From NCBI GenBank assembly GCA_013239625.1, contig MU054187.1, positions 3,731,757 through 3,795,756 of the forward strand: DNA of 64,000 nt, in the 5' to 3' direction. Positions 63,693 through 64,000 of this stretch are shown piece by piece. Position 1 is the first letter of the stretch, and each line of letters starts with the position of its first letter. The position numbers and the translations under genes were made by a program. The notes beneath the pieces were generated by a model. The model searched no databases. It was not told the origin of the DNA and saw only the letters and a list, made by a program, of their open reading frames with translations. This DNA is from Lama guanicoe. Its lineage: Eukaryota.

Positions 63693-64000
63693 AAGTAAAG
63701 GAATTCACACATATTTTCTTCTGATGGTATATAGTTTCACTGTTTACTGTTAGATCTTTGATTATTCGGATGAAGTGACAGAAACCTCAGCGATAGCTAA
63801 GAACACCAGCAGCACACTTGCCCTGTGGTTCAGCAGCCCCCAGTTTGTGCTTGCAGTATAAAACTTTTAATTTTACCTTTTTAAGTGATTACCAGTCATT
63901 ACCAGCATCATTTCTTTCCAAAGTCCATTTTTCATGCACTTCCTTGAAATTATGCCTTATCATACACTAAATTCTCATGTATTTTTGTGCGTTTCTATCT

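Noticed and set aside
1..64000. CRISPR arrays, operons or prokaryotic defence systems
   Set aside because: The sequence is intron-containing mammalian DNA; no regularly spaced repeat-spacer array or dense gene packing was seen.

Overview
This is mammalian genomic DNA, probably from a camelid, inferred from a tRNA-derived Vic-1-like SINE and recurring lineage-type L1 3' ends. It is not prokaryotic, and nearly all entries in the ORF track are spurious. Two tandem, paralogous short-chain dehydrogenase/reductase genes lie on the minus strand, and both were reconstructed exon by exon with GT-AG introns. SDR16C5 (RDHE2) has six coding exons between 28615 and 17468, giving 930 nt / 309 aa, and a CpG-island promoter near 32.1 kb. 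SDR16C6 (RDHE2S) has six coding exons between 55063 and 39626, giving 951 nt / 316 aa with an intact frame; the human orthologue is a pseudogene. The rest is intron and intergenic DNA rich in L1, L2, MIR, MaLR/ERV LTR, Tigger and hAT remnants. Repeat family names come from recalled consensus features and are approximate. I found no convincing wholly new biological system. The most notable items are the intact SDR16C6 with a TGMF-to-TEMF change and a very short candidate 3' UTR, a probable L1 3' transduction, several young insertions with target-site duplications (TSDs), a sense-oriented solo LTR upstream of SDR16C6, and an unexplained filler segment inside a rearranged MaLR LTR.
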